A stretch of DNA of 64,000 nt from Callorhinchus milii (GCF_018977255.1 NW_024704742.1:130636001-130700000), one strand, 5' to 3'. Positions 13,349 through 28,200 are shown, counted from the stretch's first letter. The notes: generated by a model not told the origin, from the letters alone. Translations and numbers: made by a program.

Positions 13349-14105
13349 ATAATAATAATAATCCTTGCATTTGATATAGCACTCTTCACGTCGGGAGGAC
13401 GTCCCAAAGCGCTTCACAGAACACACTGTAAAGTGAATTGACTGTATATTTGTGGGCGAACGCGGCAGCCAATTGCGCACAGCAATGTCCCACAAACAGT
13501 CGTAGATTGAAACTGACCAATTTATTATTGTTTTTGGTTTTGGAGGGATTATTATTAGGCGTGTGGAGTAAGGAAACTTGCCCAAGGTTTCGCCCTCTGC
13601 CTGGAATTGAACTCAGGTCTCTCGCTTGCAAAGCGAGTGCTCTACAACAACAACAACAACAACAAGATTCCATTTATAAAGCGCCTTTCACGTCAGGAGG
13701 ACGTCCCAAGGCGCTGCACAGTTGGGTCATGACCCGAGCAGGGGGGAAATGGTCAGGGTGAGGGGAGGGAAGGGAGGAGCGAGGAGGGGAAGAGAGTCGA
13801 GAGGGAGCTGAAGGCACGGTCAAAGAGAAAGGTTTTGAGACCGGCCTTGAAGGAGGACAGGGAGGAAGCAAGGCGAAGGCACTGGGGGATGGAGTTCCAG
13901 AGCCTGGGGGCTGAGAGGCTGAAGGCCCGACCACCGATGGTAGGGCGGTTGGGGCGGGGGACGTGGAGCAGACCGGAGCCAGAGGAACGGAGGGTACGGG
14001 CAGGTAGGTAGGGGGATAGTAGGTTGGAGAGGTAGGAGGGAGCAAGGCCGTGAATGGCCTTGTAGGTGAGGATGAGATGCTCTAACCACTAAGCTACAGA
14101 CTCCA
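13349..14105 (-). mobile_element. SINE with an L2 3' fragment (13645-14077) nested in its tRNA head
   Basis: TGCTCTA repeated on both sides of the insert. Confidence 0.87.
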
Positions 14106-16142
14106 GCTTCTTACATCCCTGCTGACCAATTGAGGAGATTTCAAGTGCTGGATATATGCACGTGTGGTTCACAAACCCAGACTCTAGGGTCTTTCAGTAA
14201 TTTCGGCCCAGTATTCAGTGTTTCTTCCTCAGCTCTTTGATGGGACGTCTGCAATCAGCGATTCAGCAGAAGGACCTTTACGCTGCACAATAGTCTGGTT
14301 TACAAGGATGGGCGAGCCAGTTGAAAGCCATGAATAGATTTCAGTTATACACCTAGTGACTTGTTTCAGCAATACTCTGGAAACTAATTTTGTTTTTGTT
14401 TGGTCAATGAAGTACTGTAGGAAAAGGTATGCTGTTCTTAAAAATGATTAATTGTAATAAACTCAATATTCTTGAGCTCATCTTAAGGTGAAGCGCAGTT
14501 TGAAGTAATTACCATTTCTTCACCTGCTGCCTATGTAAATGTCTAAGCTTACAGTGGTTTTCAGAGCTGGCAGAATGGATGTTGGATTTGACAAATTTCT
14601 GCTGATTCTGCATTTAAAAATAACTTTTAACTTAGTTTTTTTTTGATGTTACCTGACATATTTTTGATTTTAAAGATCATGCCCACGTTGGTTTGATTCG
14701 GAAAGAAAAGGGAGTTCCTCCTAATATCCTGGCCATCAATTCTCCAGTTAAATTTTTCATTCACTTCATAGCTGTTTGTAGGACTTTGATGCACGCAAAA
14801 TGGCTATTTGTTTGCCTGCAAAAAAAGTCAGTACACATGAACCTAACTCAGTGAAGTCCTCGACAATTTTATGAAATAGTCCCTCTGTGGGTTTGTTCCC
14901 ATGCTGCCAAACGGCTAATAATTTAGTAGTTTTGTTAAGAGGCCAGGAGAACGTCTGGTGTTGTAAATGATTCAGGCTGATCTGTTCTTGGGTTCTCTTG
15001 CGAGAAGTTTATTGCTAAATATCTTGGTAGTTTGACTGTTACATACAAAATGTAAGGAGGATTTATTTTCCCTGAAGTTTAGATTTGTCACCTTAATGGA
15101 GAATGACATTTCATTGTGAAATTAATTTCATCAGTCTGTTACTGGGAAAACTTTTAGAACTTTAGATGTCATGGTGAATGCATGATACATCGTGCCCCTT
15201 TTGACCTGGAACTTGAGAGAAGGCCATTTCTGCTTTATTCGGGGTTTTATTTACTCCGAGAGTTACTGAACCCGAATGAATAATCCCTGGTGCCAGGCAA
15301 TACTGCATTTCTGGGAGAATGTTTAGAGTTCTGCAGGGATAGTAGATGAGTGCCAAACTTATTACTTCATTTTTGTTGCACTGCAGATTCTTTTGCTTGT
15401 TTTTGCCAAATAACTTGTGCAAGATCTTTACTGACGTCTTAAAATTCAGCTCTGTCTCAAACTGGCTTATCTGGCGAGTCTGGACTTTACTGCAGAGCAA
15501 ACATGACGGTGTAGACCTTCATGTATGCTAGACTGTTTTTTTTACCCATTATTTCAATATTGGCAGTGTAAATGGGTATCATTTCTCACATGAGTGGACC
15601 TGTACTTTCTGAGCTTTTTCCCACAATCAGGATCACCACCGAATGAGCTGTCATTGCCATTCAGGCTTCCTTGCTCTTAAGTGCGTGCTTGGGTTTAAGA
15701 TATGAAGTATGCAAAATAGTTCAAATGCTAGGCAGACTGACTGGTGTCAAGAGTGGAAACATGTTTGCCTAACATTGATTGTAGGTGTTTACAGATGCTA
15801 CAATTGTTATTATTTGTAAAACTGTTCTTTATTTGCAAATGTTTCAGACATTTTTTTAGTTTGTGGCGACATTGGAATGCCAGTTATATTATTCAAAAGC
15901 GACATTTTAAGATAGGAGACGAAGAATTTTGTATTGAATTGATATTACCTCACCTCTGGTCGTACTGGTCAAGTGCCTTTTGACAAAATGATAGCGATGC
16001 AGCCATTATAGTGCTGTACAAAAAAAACTTGGAAGTTTTTCACATTCAGATAATTAGAACTACGATTCTCCGTTTTTAAAATAACTGTCTTTCTCTTTCA
16101 GATTTTCTATTTTGTACATACATTGTTTTGTATATACTGTAT

Positions 16143-16232
16143 ATGATGACTTCGGTGGGCAGTGACCGATCTCGGGGAACTCGAGACAAGACACAGATTC
16201 AAACGCACACACAGTTACAGAAGCCAGTTCAG
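16143..16232 (+). CDS. UBAP2: UBAP2 coding exon 1 (exon starts 16102; [30 protein letters not shown])
   Basis: Acceptor ttctctttcag at 16101, ATGATG at 16143, donor CAG|gtacgt. Confidence 0.92.
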
Positions 16233-19200
16233 GTACGTTACTGAAAGCAGTAGTTCAGTTATTACCTCCTTTTCCTCCTGAAGACCTTCCTCTTCGACCG
16301 ACTAGTATGATGTTGAAACATCGCAAAAACGCTTCATGGTTAATTACTTTTGAGTGGTGTATTTGTAGGGAAACGCAGCAACCAATTTGTATACATCAAG
16401 ACCATGAAGCAGGAATTTACAGCACAGAAGGAATCTGCACCAGCTCTCTGACCACCTGCTCTTTAATCCCAGTGCTTGCCTTCTCCCCATACTCCTTCGC
16501 GCCTCTCACTATCGTGAATGACCAATATTTCTGGAGGATTGTTGTCTAAGTAACTGAGCAAAACTTCTTACTTGTTTTGAATAGTGCAGTGTGGTCTTCA
16601 ATGTCCAGCAGAATAAACAGACCGAACCTTGGTTTTAACATCAAATTTGAATGAAGATTCCTCAGACAATGCAGCATTCCCATAAGTCCTGCGCTGGAGT
16701 GCCAGTCTAGGCTTTGGTGGTTGAATCCTCAACTTGTGCTTGTAAACCTATAAACTAAGAGAAAACTAACAATTTTAGCGCAGCCTTTTCATGTGTTTCA
16801 CTTCCCATTCAGCAAATCCCTCTGGGGCCTAACCCCACCCTACCATTATGATTTCCTGCAAACCCTACTTCCACTTAGCTGACAGCAGAGCCGTTCATGT
16901 CAGCACTTGATCTGTCCCACCATTGGTGAGTGAACTTACACCCATTCTTACCCCACCTCCAGCTCTGATGCCCAATCAGCTGTGTGAAGTGTGTTGAGAT
17001 GTCCTGATGTGAGGTGTGCAATGTAAATTGTTATTGAAAGGCAAAGTAAGAACTCTGCAGAATGATTAATTTATCTTCTAAATACAACCATTTTGGACTA
17101 GCACTGGAAAAAAATATTGAAATGTGTTCGTTACTTGCAGGGACAGTTCCTGCCTGATTGGAACATTTTGATACAAGTCCATATATTGTAAATTACAACC
17201 TTGCAATTGTAGTGCTGACTCGTAGCTGTTCGGATTGTAACCGACGGGAAAGATGCCAACTTTATGAAGTCGAATCCTGACATGTGCCAATAAAACTAAT
17301 CTAAACCAGTGGTTCTCGGGAGAGCTGTTCCTGGGCAGAATACATTGCTGTGTGCACAGGAATTTGGTAACTGGGACCCCACCAGCAATTGATAACCTTT
17401 AATCTTCAAATGTTTGTGTAACCATGACATTTAATAGCAGCTTTTTTAAAGAGAGTTGTCAGGGCGAAACACTAGGCAAGTTTCCTTACTCTACAGGCCT
17501 CTGTTTACCAAGCAGTAAGTAGGAACCCAGTTGTTAATTGATTGGTGGATCGCTTTTCTGGGGGTAATAATCCCTTCAAAAATAAATGATAATTTTGTCA
17601 CTCAATCCTTGTCCGAAAGCTCGGCCAGAAGGATGCAGTCAATTACTGTGCTCAATCGGCTGCCGTGTTTCGTCCACAAAATATACAGTCAATACACTTT
17701 ACAGTATATTCTGTGAAGCACTTTGAGACTTGACGATGTGATAATAATACTAATGCTTGCATTTGATATAGTGCCTTATCACGCCTTATAGATAAGGTGC
17801 TATAACAAATTGTACGGATTATTATTACGTACAATACTTTGAATGGTGGTTCGTACTGAATCTGTGTAAGCTTTTAAGAGGGAGTTAAACGAAAATCTTT
17901 AAAGAAGAACTCTTATGAGGAAAAGGTAGCAGAATGTGACTAACCAGTTGTTTTTCAGAGAGCCAGCACAGGTACAATGGGCTGAATAGATTCCTTCCAT
18001 GCTACACATTTTTATGCTTCTATTGATGCATCAGGAAGGATTTTCTATGTTGCCTTTCTGCAAAATGTTTCATATACAACTGTTTTCCCCTAAGGGTTTT
18101 GGCCTATAGTGTTGTCCTCATCACTAAATGTCTATGACTCCAAATCTCATGGCCGAGTCAGGTGGCCAGTCACTGTCAGTAGTGTATTGGTTTATTGAGA
18201 CCTTTCTGTTTAACCTCACGGAGACTGAGATATTGTGCTTTTGTCCCTTTCCTTTTTCTGTCCATTTAAAATAAAATATAAAACCTTTTCCATTTTCTGG
18301 CTTCTACCCATACAATTTGAAAATGGGGCTAATTTTTAGAAGCCGTATATTTGGACTAGGTAACAACTAGATTTCATAGGCCCGACAGGGGTCAGACACT
18401 GCTGATATTGACTTGGCTGCATTGCAGATTGTCTTAGTAAAGTTACCTCAAATCCAATTTCTCCCTTTCAGTTAATATTGAAGTTGCGATGGGATTGGAT
18501 GCGGGTGAAAACAAGCAAGGGCAATGCATTAATTTTCTGATGAGCATAGGCCATTTCAATGGGGTCCCACTTCTGCACATTAGTGAAATTCCCTGGAATA
18601 GTTCCTGAATCGACTGATGAAACAAGGGACTCCTATTAGTTTGTAGCAGTCTTTGTAGATATCTGTATTTTTGGGTTTCCAAGTAGTGCAACTATTGACA
18701 TTAACCTGTGCACCATCATCCACTAGAACAGTTCCTTTTTAATGATTTTAAGCTGCTGAACCCCACAGAATCAAATGGACGTCAGTGAGTTAAAATCAAA
18801 TACCAATGCTTAAGATGGATTTCCTTCATTTTATTATGTATAGATATGGTACTATTTGCTAATCTTTGCACCTCGTTTCTGCAAGGGCAGGTATATTATT
18901 AAATGCAGACTTAACATTACAATAGTAACAGTAATCAGTATTCTGAAGGTGCTGACTTGTGCTTGGATATGATTCCACAGACATTGGTCAGGGAGCGTTG
19001 TCATGCCCAAATAACCTTCCATCTTTTGACAGAGTTTCAACAGCCTATTTGACCTTTGGTAACACACCAGGACAGAGCTTAATTCTGTTCAAAGATGCTT
19101 AAGGAAACCTGGATAATTTTACCCTCTCCCTCCCTTGCAAAATGTGTTGACCTTGAGACCAATTGTCACATCACTGGTCTACCCCAGCTGAGATCAGCAC

Positions 19201-22200
19201 AAAGAATGAAACTGGGATTTTCCTGGTTTGTGTGCCTCATTTTCACGTTGGAAAGTTACTTTATTAACTGAGCCAAATTGTAGCGATAGATTAGAAAAAT
19301 CCTTGATGGGCAGAATCAATTATGAATCACAATGAGCTCAGCACACATCATGTATATCAATAATGAGAAGAACAGATATTTTCAGGGCTCAAAGCAAAAT
19401 TGGGAGTGAGTGTTTCTCGGTTTTAAAAGGTTTTTGTTGGTTTCTAAAATCATTGTGAAATCCTGCATGAGCAATCCCAATGCCTAGCTAGGCTTTGTAA
19501 AAAGTTTCAACAATAAAATTACATTTATAAAGCGCCTTTCACGTCAGGAGGACATCCCAAGGTGCTGGACAGACAGCGTTACGGACCCAAGCTGGGGGTG
19601 GGGGCGAGTGGAGGGCAGGGGGGGGAAGCAGGGAGATTGAAAGCACGATCAAAGAGGAGGGTCTTGAAATGGGTCTTGAAGTTGGTGAGGGAGGAGGTGA
19701 GGTGGAGGGACTGTGGGATGGAGTTCCAAAGGGTGGGGGCAGAGTGGCGGAAGGCCCGCCCGCCAATAGTGAGGCGAGCAGGGCAGGGCACGTGAAGCAG
19801 GCCGGAGCCTGCTGAGCGGAGGGAGCGAACAGGATGGGGGGAGCAAGACTTTGAAGGTGAGGACCATTTTCTTGAACTGTATCCTCTGTGTGATGGGAAG
19901 CCAGCGGAGTTGGGCAAGGATGGGGGTGATAGGGTCGCGGAGTCTAGTGCGGGAGAGGACATGGGCTGCAGAGTTCTGGATGATCTGCAGCCTGGGGAGA
20001 GAGGAATTGGGGAGGCCGACAAGCAGTGAGTTTCCATAGTCGAGCCTCGATGTAATGAAAGCATGTATTAGGGTTTTGGCGGCCTGTGGTGTGAGACAGT
20101 GGCAGAGCTGGGTGACGTTGCGGGGGTGGGGGAAGGCAGAGAGGATCAGCCCTGTGCTGTAATAGACAATTAATATTTAATTAGCTCAGTGGTGGGCAAC
20201 ATGTGGCCCGTGGGCCAGAAGTGGTCCCCAGGGCAGTGGAGAAGCCTCTCCTCCCCCACCGAACATTTGCACGAGTAAGTGGGTCTGTGTTTGTTTGATC
20301 ATTAGTGTGTTTTCAGTTCACTTGATTGAGATTCATGGCTGACCATCAAGATTGGCCACCACTGATTTATGTTGGGAGGACATCTCAAAGCACCAGATGA
20401 TAGCTTGGGCACCACATTTCTTAAAACAAATACAATTTTTACTGTTTCTTTAGGCCACAGCTGAACAGATCCGTCTAGCCCAAATGATTTATGATAAGAA
20501 TGATACAGATTTTGAAGACAAGGTCAAACAAGTGAGTAAAACTTTTGGGGATATTTGCTATTTTCTAAAGCATAGTTTTTTTTACCTCTTGTTGAAACGT
20601 GAGTTTTTTTAAGACTATCGATTGTCCAGTGTTTTTTCAGTAGCTTAAACCTGTTTTGTTTTTACTTTTCTGTCTAGCTGATGGAAGTTACAGGAAAGAA
20701 CCAGGATGAAAGCATAGTGGCACTTCACGACTGCAATGGTGATGTGAACAGAGCCATCAATGTACTTCTAGAAGGAAACTCAGACACGGTATGGAACAAA
20801 GCATTTTGGTCTTTCAAAGCAGGTTAGGGTTGGGGGAATTTTTGCTTTTAAGGTCTTCTCAGTAAGAGGATGCTTTTTTTAAGCAGTAATGTGATTCTTA
20901 CCCTATAGGACTGATAAAATAATAACTTAATATGAGCATGTTACCATCATGCAATGTTTCCATTTCCTGGTTAAAAACTATAGCCATCACGTGTATTTAT
21001 CACTTTATCACCCTCCTTCGCCCCTACTTCGCACCAAATGTCTCTGAAACCGTCATGCATGATTTTGGCGACTTCTGCCTTGACTACTCAAATGCACTCC
21101 TTCCTGGTCTCACCAATTCCACCATCCACAAGGTCCACCTCATCCAAATTGCCATTGCCTACATCCTCACCTGCACCAAATGCACGCAGGCTCCATTGGC
21201 TCACTGTCGCTGAACAGATCAACTGTACGGTCCTAATCCTTGCATACCATTCCCCTCGCATCTTAGTACCTCCTTATCTCTGATCCGGTCTCTGATCATA
21301 GCCCACTCCTCTGCTTACCACCTACACTTAGCTGACATAGGCCTCCTGCACATCCATGCTACTGTTGGTGGCCAAGCCTTCAGTCATTACACCTCCCAAC
21401 CTCTGGAACTCTCTGCCTCGCCCTTTCTATCTTCAAATCCCAGTTTAAAACCTACCATGCAACTCTGCACCGTGAAGCGCTCTGAGACATTATCCTACAT
21501 GAAGGATGCTGCATAAACGCACGTTGTTGATCTGTTCAGTGTAACTACTTCTTTTGACACCTGGCACAAAATGGTTGGCAGATTACAGGAACTAATCTAG
21601 TGTTTTACGCAGACCTCCTGGGAGACTGTGGGCAAGAAGAAAAATCTTGGAACAGGGAAAGACAGCCTCTTGGAAAATAAGGAAAATCGAGAGAAGCGTG
21701 GTGATCGAGAAGCAAGCCGAGGTCGAGGCAGCTCCTCTAGGCGAGGGAAAGGGAATCGTGGCAAGGAATGTAAGTCGTCCTGTAGGAGGCCTGTTGCTCA
21801 GTGGTAAGAGCACTCAAGTGAGAGACCTGGGTTTGATTCCCAGCAGGGTAAAGCCTTGGCCAAGTTTCCTTACTCTCCATCCCTGACAATAATCCCTCAA
21901 GAAAAAGAAACAATAATAATTTGGTCACTCAATCCATGACTGTTTGTGGGCAATTGGCTGCCGCATTTCGCCCACCAAAATATACAGTCAATTCACTTTA
22001 CAGTATATTCTGTGAAGCACTTTGAGACGTCTAGAAGACATGAAAAGTGCGACATCAAATGCAAGGATTATTATATAAGTAAACAATTAGATATTTTTAA
22101 TACTAAGCTATTTTGTTCACTGAACTTTTCAACTTACCCAATGCAGCTGCCAAATACATTTGAGTAAACGTGTAGTGTCTAAGTCAATTTCTATATTTTA

Positions 22201-25200
22201 ATATGGAAGTGCCCAAGTTGAAAGCCTGATCTGGTTGAGTTTGCCAGTGTTGGCTGGTAGAGTGATGCCAATGGGTATAATTGGCTACAGCATCCCCTGA
22301 GATATGGTGGAAAAAAATCAGTTAGTTTCCACACCTGATATCCACCAGTGGCATCGCCTTCTTTCTTTTTTACACCTCTTTTAGCCCCCACTTCCCCAAA
22401 CCCCTGGTAAGTTTGTTCATGTGGATATCTGGCATGGATTTAGATTTGATTGTGTTACCCATTACAGTTGAATGGCTTGTGCACACTAACTGTTAAAGGT
22501 GTTCACGAAAGCCATCCATCCGTGTAAGGTGATTGTGAGCCACTAGCCTCTTTGGGTCTGTACCACACTGTTCCATGCCGTGGGGAGTGGAGTGGAGGTG
22601 GTTAGTGGCAAAAAATCATTTACTATTTTTTAATTGCAGTCCGGGCTGAGGAAAATGGAGTGGATGTTGGTCCAGGTGATCGACTTTTGGAACGAGGGAG
22701 ACGTGGACGAGGCAGAGGTGAGACTGGGAAGATCACAAGCAAAATGCTTATTTATTTTGCTGCAATGTTTTTGTATTTTGTATTTTTAAAATAGTCTATT
22801 TTTACAATAGTCATTTGTGAAAATGTAAATGCATTGAAAGATGATTTTCTCATGTTCTGAATTTATCATTATTCATTTGCATTGAACGCAATATGAAAAC
22901 TCGTGGGTGGAGTCTTGTGTAGGTTCATAACCAGGGGATGTTGAGTTTTGGAGAATTTAGATTTTTTTAAAAATAAGTAGCCATTTTAATATCTATTCCT
23001 GATTTATGCCTGTTTGGAGGGAGCAGAAAATGTAATTTACAACAACTTTCATTTATAGAGCTCCCTTCTCGTATGATAGTTTCACGAGCTGCTATATAGA
23101 GAAACCAAGCTGGGGAGGGGGAGATGACCATAGGCAGGGTCAACGAGGTAATTTAGTACTGTAGTTCATTAATTTGAAGCATCTCACACAAGGCTTGTAT
23201 AATTATGAACATTCTCATACCCTTTCCAAAAAGCCCAAATGTGTTTCCAATAGAATTTCCAATAGTAGATTTATAAAATGACCCTCCCAAGGCCCCTTAA
23301 TCGCAAATTTCGCTGCTATTCCTTAAAGTTGGCCAAATTCTGTTTGTCTAGTTGGGAATAATTGAAAGTCAATCAGAATGTCTGCTTTCAATTCACTTCA
23401 GCTTGTGCCTGTTATGGAGGCAAATTGCTTATTGTCTTTGTGTGCACCACCATTTGAGACATGAAGGTGAGTTTAGAGACTAGGTTAAGGTGAATGGGTG
23501 GACAGCCTGGGGAAGGGGATTGCTGAAGCTCTTGACAACAATAAATTCAATTATCTTTGTCGTCCAAAATCGAGCGGGAAGAGACCAGTTGAGTATTTAT
23601 TCTGAATTCTCTTGGATCTATCAGCGGATGTGCTGAATGAAAGAGAGAGCTATGGAGTAGAGTACAAAACGTCGTAAGCTGATGGTGTTTATTTCTAATT
23701 TTTGGAAGAGTACATTTTTGGGGTTATACCAAGATGAGTTTGAGTTTCTTCCCATTCTTGACTTTAGAAGCCTTTTCTGGGGAAGAGTAATGGAGACAAC
23801 AACAACTTACATTTGTCTCCCACCTTTCACCTCTGGAGGAGATCCCAAAGACGTGAGTGTAGGCGACAACTTACACTTATATAGCGTCCTCCACCCAGGG
23901 TAGCTGCTCAGAGAGCTTAACATTTATTTTTCCCATTTGCGCCTTGGGATGTCCTCCTGACGTGAAAGGCACAATACAAATGTAATCTTGTTGTTGTTAA
24001 CAATGGTACCATCCTGGTAAATCTCCTTTGCATCCTCTCCAATGCCTTGACATCCTTCCTAAAGTGTGGTGCCCAGAACTGAACACAGTCTCTCGCTGAG
24101 GCCTAACCAGTGGTTTATAAAGGTTCATCATAACTTCCTGACTTTTGTATTCTATGCCCCTATTTATAAAGCCTAGTATGCTTTTTTAAACAGCCTTATC
24201 TATCTGTCCAGCCACCTTCAAAGATTTACTTATATGAACCCCCAGGTCTCTCTGTTCTTCTCCCCCTTTAAGACTGTACCATCAGCTTATATTGCCTCTC
24301 CGCATTCTTCCTCCCAAAATGCATCACTTTGCATTTCTCCACATTAAACTTCATCTGCCACCTGTCCGCCCATTTCACCAGTCTGTGTCCATTTGCAGTG
24401 CTACTATCCTCCTCATTGTTTACGACTTTCCTAGCTTAATATCATCTGCAAACTTGGAAATTGTACTCCCTATACCCAAGTCCAGGTCATTTATATAGAT
24501 CCAAAACATTAGTGGTTTGAATACTGACCCGGAGGTCACCACTACACACTGTCTCCCAGCCAGTTCTGTATCCATGCTGCCACTGTCCTTGTGGAGTTCT
24601 GTAGCTCAGTGGTTAGAGCACTCGCTTTGTAAGTGAGAGACCAGAGTTCAATTCTAGGCAGAGGGCGAAACCTTGGGCAAGTTTCCTTACTCCACACAGA
24701 GCCTAATAATAATCCCTCCAAAAAACAAAACAATAAAAAATTGGTCATTTTCAATCCATGACTGTTTGTGGGACATTGCTGTGCGCAATTGGCTGCCGCG
24801 TTCGCCCACAAATATACAGTCAATTCACTTTACAGTATATTCTGTGAAGCGCTTTGGGACGTCTAGAAGACGTCAAAAGCGCTATATCAAATGCAAGGAT
24901 TATTATTATTAATACCATGGGCTTCCATTTTGCTTACAATCCTCTTATGTGGCACTTTAACAAACGCCTTTTGAAATTCCATATGAACTACATCAACTGC
25001 ACTACCTTCATCCACCCTCTCTGTTACTTCATCAAAAAACTCTTATCAAGTTTGTTAGACATGATTTGCCTTTAACAAATCTGTGTTGCCTGACCTTTAT
25101 TATCCCATGTTTTTCAAAAAAGCTTATTTTGTCCCGGATTATAGTCTCAAGAAGTTTCCCCACTTTTGACGTTAGGCTGAATGGCCTGTAGTTCCCGGGT

Positions 25201-28200
25201 TTATCCTTCTGCCCCTTTTTGTACAGGAGCGTAACGTTTTCAACTCTCCAGTCCTCTGGCACCACCTCTGTGTCCAAGGAGGATTGAAAAATTGTGGCCA
25301 GAGCATCTGTTATTTTCACCCTTACTTCCCTCAGTAACCTAGGATGCATTCCGTCTGTACCGGGTAAGTTATCTACCTTGAGCACTGGCAATCTTTTTCG
25401 TACCTCCTCTCAGTTTATTCTTATCTTATCCAATTTCTCTACCCTCTTCGCCCACAAATATACAGTCAATTCACTTTACAGTGTGTTCTGTGGAGCACTT
25501 TGGGACGTCCTCCCGACGTGAAAAGCGCTATATCAAATGCAAGGATTATTATTACTGTGGCATTGGCTGCATCCGCTTCTTTTGTGAAGACAGATGCAAA
25601 GTACTCATTCAGTACTTCAGCCATACCCTCTGCCTCCACAAGAAGATTTTCTCTTTGGTCCCTAATTGGGCCCACCCTACCTTTGGCTAACCATTTATTC
25701 TTTATATGCTTACAAAATACCTTAGGGTTCCTTGTTATGTTACCCGCTAATCCTTTCTCATACAATCTTTGTCCCTCTTATTTTCTTTTTCAATTCTCTT
25801 CTGTACTTTCTATATTCTATTTGATTATGTTCTGTGTTTTCGACCTGACATTTATCACAAGTCTTTTTTTCTGTTTTATTTTATTCCCAATTTCATTATT
25901 CATCCATGGAGGTTTGGATGCCCTACCTTTTCCCTTTGTGGGAATGTATTTGTTCTATCCCCGAACTATCTCCTACTTAACAGCTTCCCATTGCTCGTTA
26001 GCTATCTTATCTGCCAGTCTTTCTTTCCTGTCCACCTTGGCTAGGTCCCTTTTTAACTCACTGAAGTTAGCCCTCTTCCAGTTGAGTATCTTCACATTTG
26101 ATTTTTCCTTGTCCCTTTCCATAAGTACTCCAATCCTAATGATGTTGTGATCACTGTTGTCCAGAAGCTCTCTTACTGAAACCTGCTCCATTTGCCCCAC
26201 TCCATTCCACAGAACTCGATCCAGCACTGCTTCCTTCCTTGTTGGACTGAAAACGTACTGATCCAGAAAGTTATGCTGCACATATTTCAGGAATCCTTCC
26301 CCCTCCTTGCCCTTTACACTTATTTATCCAGTCTATGTTAGGATAATTGAAGTCCCCCATTATTACTTAGTTTTGCAACTTTCTGCAATCTGCTTGCAGG
26401 TTTTCCCGTCTGTCTCCTTCCCACTATTTGGTGGTCTATAGTATATGCCTAACAGAGTAACAGCTTCTTTTCTGATACTTAACTGTAACCAAATATTCTG
26501 TTTTTGGACCCTCTAGCACATTGTCCCTTTCCAGGGCTGTAACTGTGTCTTTAATCAATATTGCACCCCCATCCTTTTTTTCCCTCCCTATCCCTCCTGA
26601 ATACATTGTAGCCAGAAATATTCAGCTCCCATTCCTGCCCTTGTTTCATATGGAGAAGAATGAAAAACAATAAGCCACGGACTTCTGAACACAAGCCACA
26701 GACTTCCCCTGCAACTTGTGTTCCTCCAGTGCAAACATTCCTAGACTAATTTCAGAAGCTTTTTACATTTGCTCAGGCAGTGTATCCTAGATCTCAGTTT
26801 ATAACCTTGCAGTTGAAATCCAGCTGCACTGATGATGAAAATATTCTGATTGCTACAACACTTGTATTCATTCACTGGTAATCTTTAACAAATTTGCACA
26901 AACGTTCTTTTTAATTTGCATTTCAAGACCTTGCCCATTAAGAACTTGAACACTTCACAGCGATTCTGATTTGTATCCTGCAGGAGTTTTGAATTCAGCA
27001 GTGCTGCAAGAAACTGAGACTGAGTTTATTGTCCAAAGTGCAAACAGATGTTGAATTAATGTATGTTTTGGGGGTCAGCTGGGTATCTCATCACATAAAG
27101 CAACTCATCACATGCTTAAGAGTTTCCAAACCAGACAGAGTTCCACATATGTATTCCTACACATGGGAATTTTCCTATGTCTGAATTGGAATGCACTCTC
27201 TTTCTATGGAGGGACACACCACACCCTTGCTTAATTCTGAAGAGTGTTTGGTGCAGATTGGTTTGGGAACGTCATCCTGAACAGAATGAATCTATTTTAC
27301 TTATCACTTTTAAATCTACCTGACACCAATGTAATTCCAGCGCCTTGGGACGTCCTCCTGACGTGAAAGGCGCTTTATAAATGGAATCTTGTTGTTGTTG
27401 TGTTGTAATTTGCCAAAAGATAAAAGCCTAGTTCAGTTTAGGTTGCAAACGCTAACACACTTCTAGACTCTACCAAATATTACATTGTTCCACGATGAGG
27501 GATGTTTGGATTCAAGTCACTGTGTGTGTATGTGTATAGATGAGATGTTCTACTTTGAGACGAGAAACAATGAAAACCAGATAACAATGAGTTCAGTGAG
27601 AATAACATGGTGTGAGGGTCTAACAAACAAGCACAATATGCAGAACCTGGTGACAGTTAACCAAACTGTTTTTTGGGGGCTGGGGGGCAGGGTTACAAAG
27701 AACTTGCAGTTGTAAGAATTTTTAAAAAAATTCAGATTAAAATGGAGCCAGCTGTATATGCTTTTTCTTATCTGTTTTCTTAATGAACCTTGATTTTTCA
27801 CACCAAACACTGTAGAAATATCATCATTGTACAAAAAGTTGTGTTTATCTATTTCAAAGCAATTTTAACTTTGGTTAAAACGTTTTGTGCCAAAGTAAAC
27901 TGTGCGGTTCACTGTGGAAGGAATGGATCTGTGATATGAAGAATGGAAAATGTTAAATTTGCTTCAAGAACTGTTCATTCCAGTAAAGTGGCCGTTTTTA
28001 ACTTGCAATATATTTGCTTAATCATATGAATGTAATAAACACTGACCATCAAAATAGGGACCAAGACCATTTTCAAACCTCTATCATTTTCCTACATGTT
28101 TCAGCATGGTGAATTATATATAGATCACTACAAAATAAATAGTCATAAATTTTTGGAATTGTGTGCTTTAGGTTATTAATTTTAAAAAAATTGCAGTCCC

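Noticed and set aside
25500..26150. 216-aa hydrophobic + strand ORF resembling a membrane protein
   Set aside because: Antisense reading of the CR1 ORF2 fragment.
26826..26850. GATGATGA...CTGA C/D-like boxes (also GTGATGA at ~51571)
   Set aside because: No terminal stem, correct spacing or recognisable guide.
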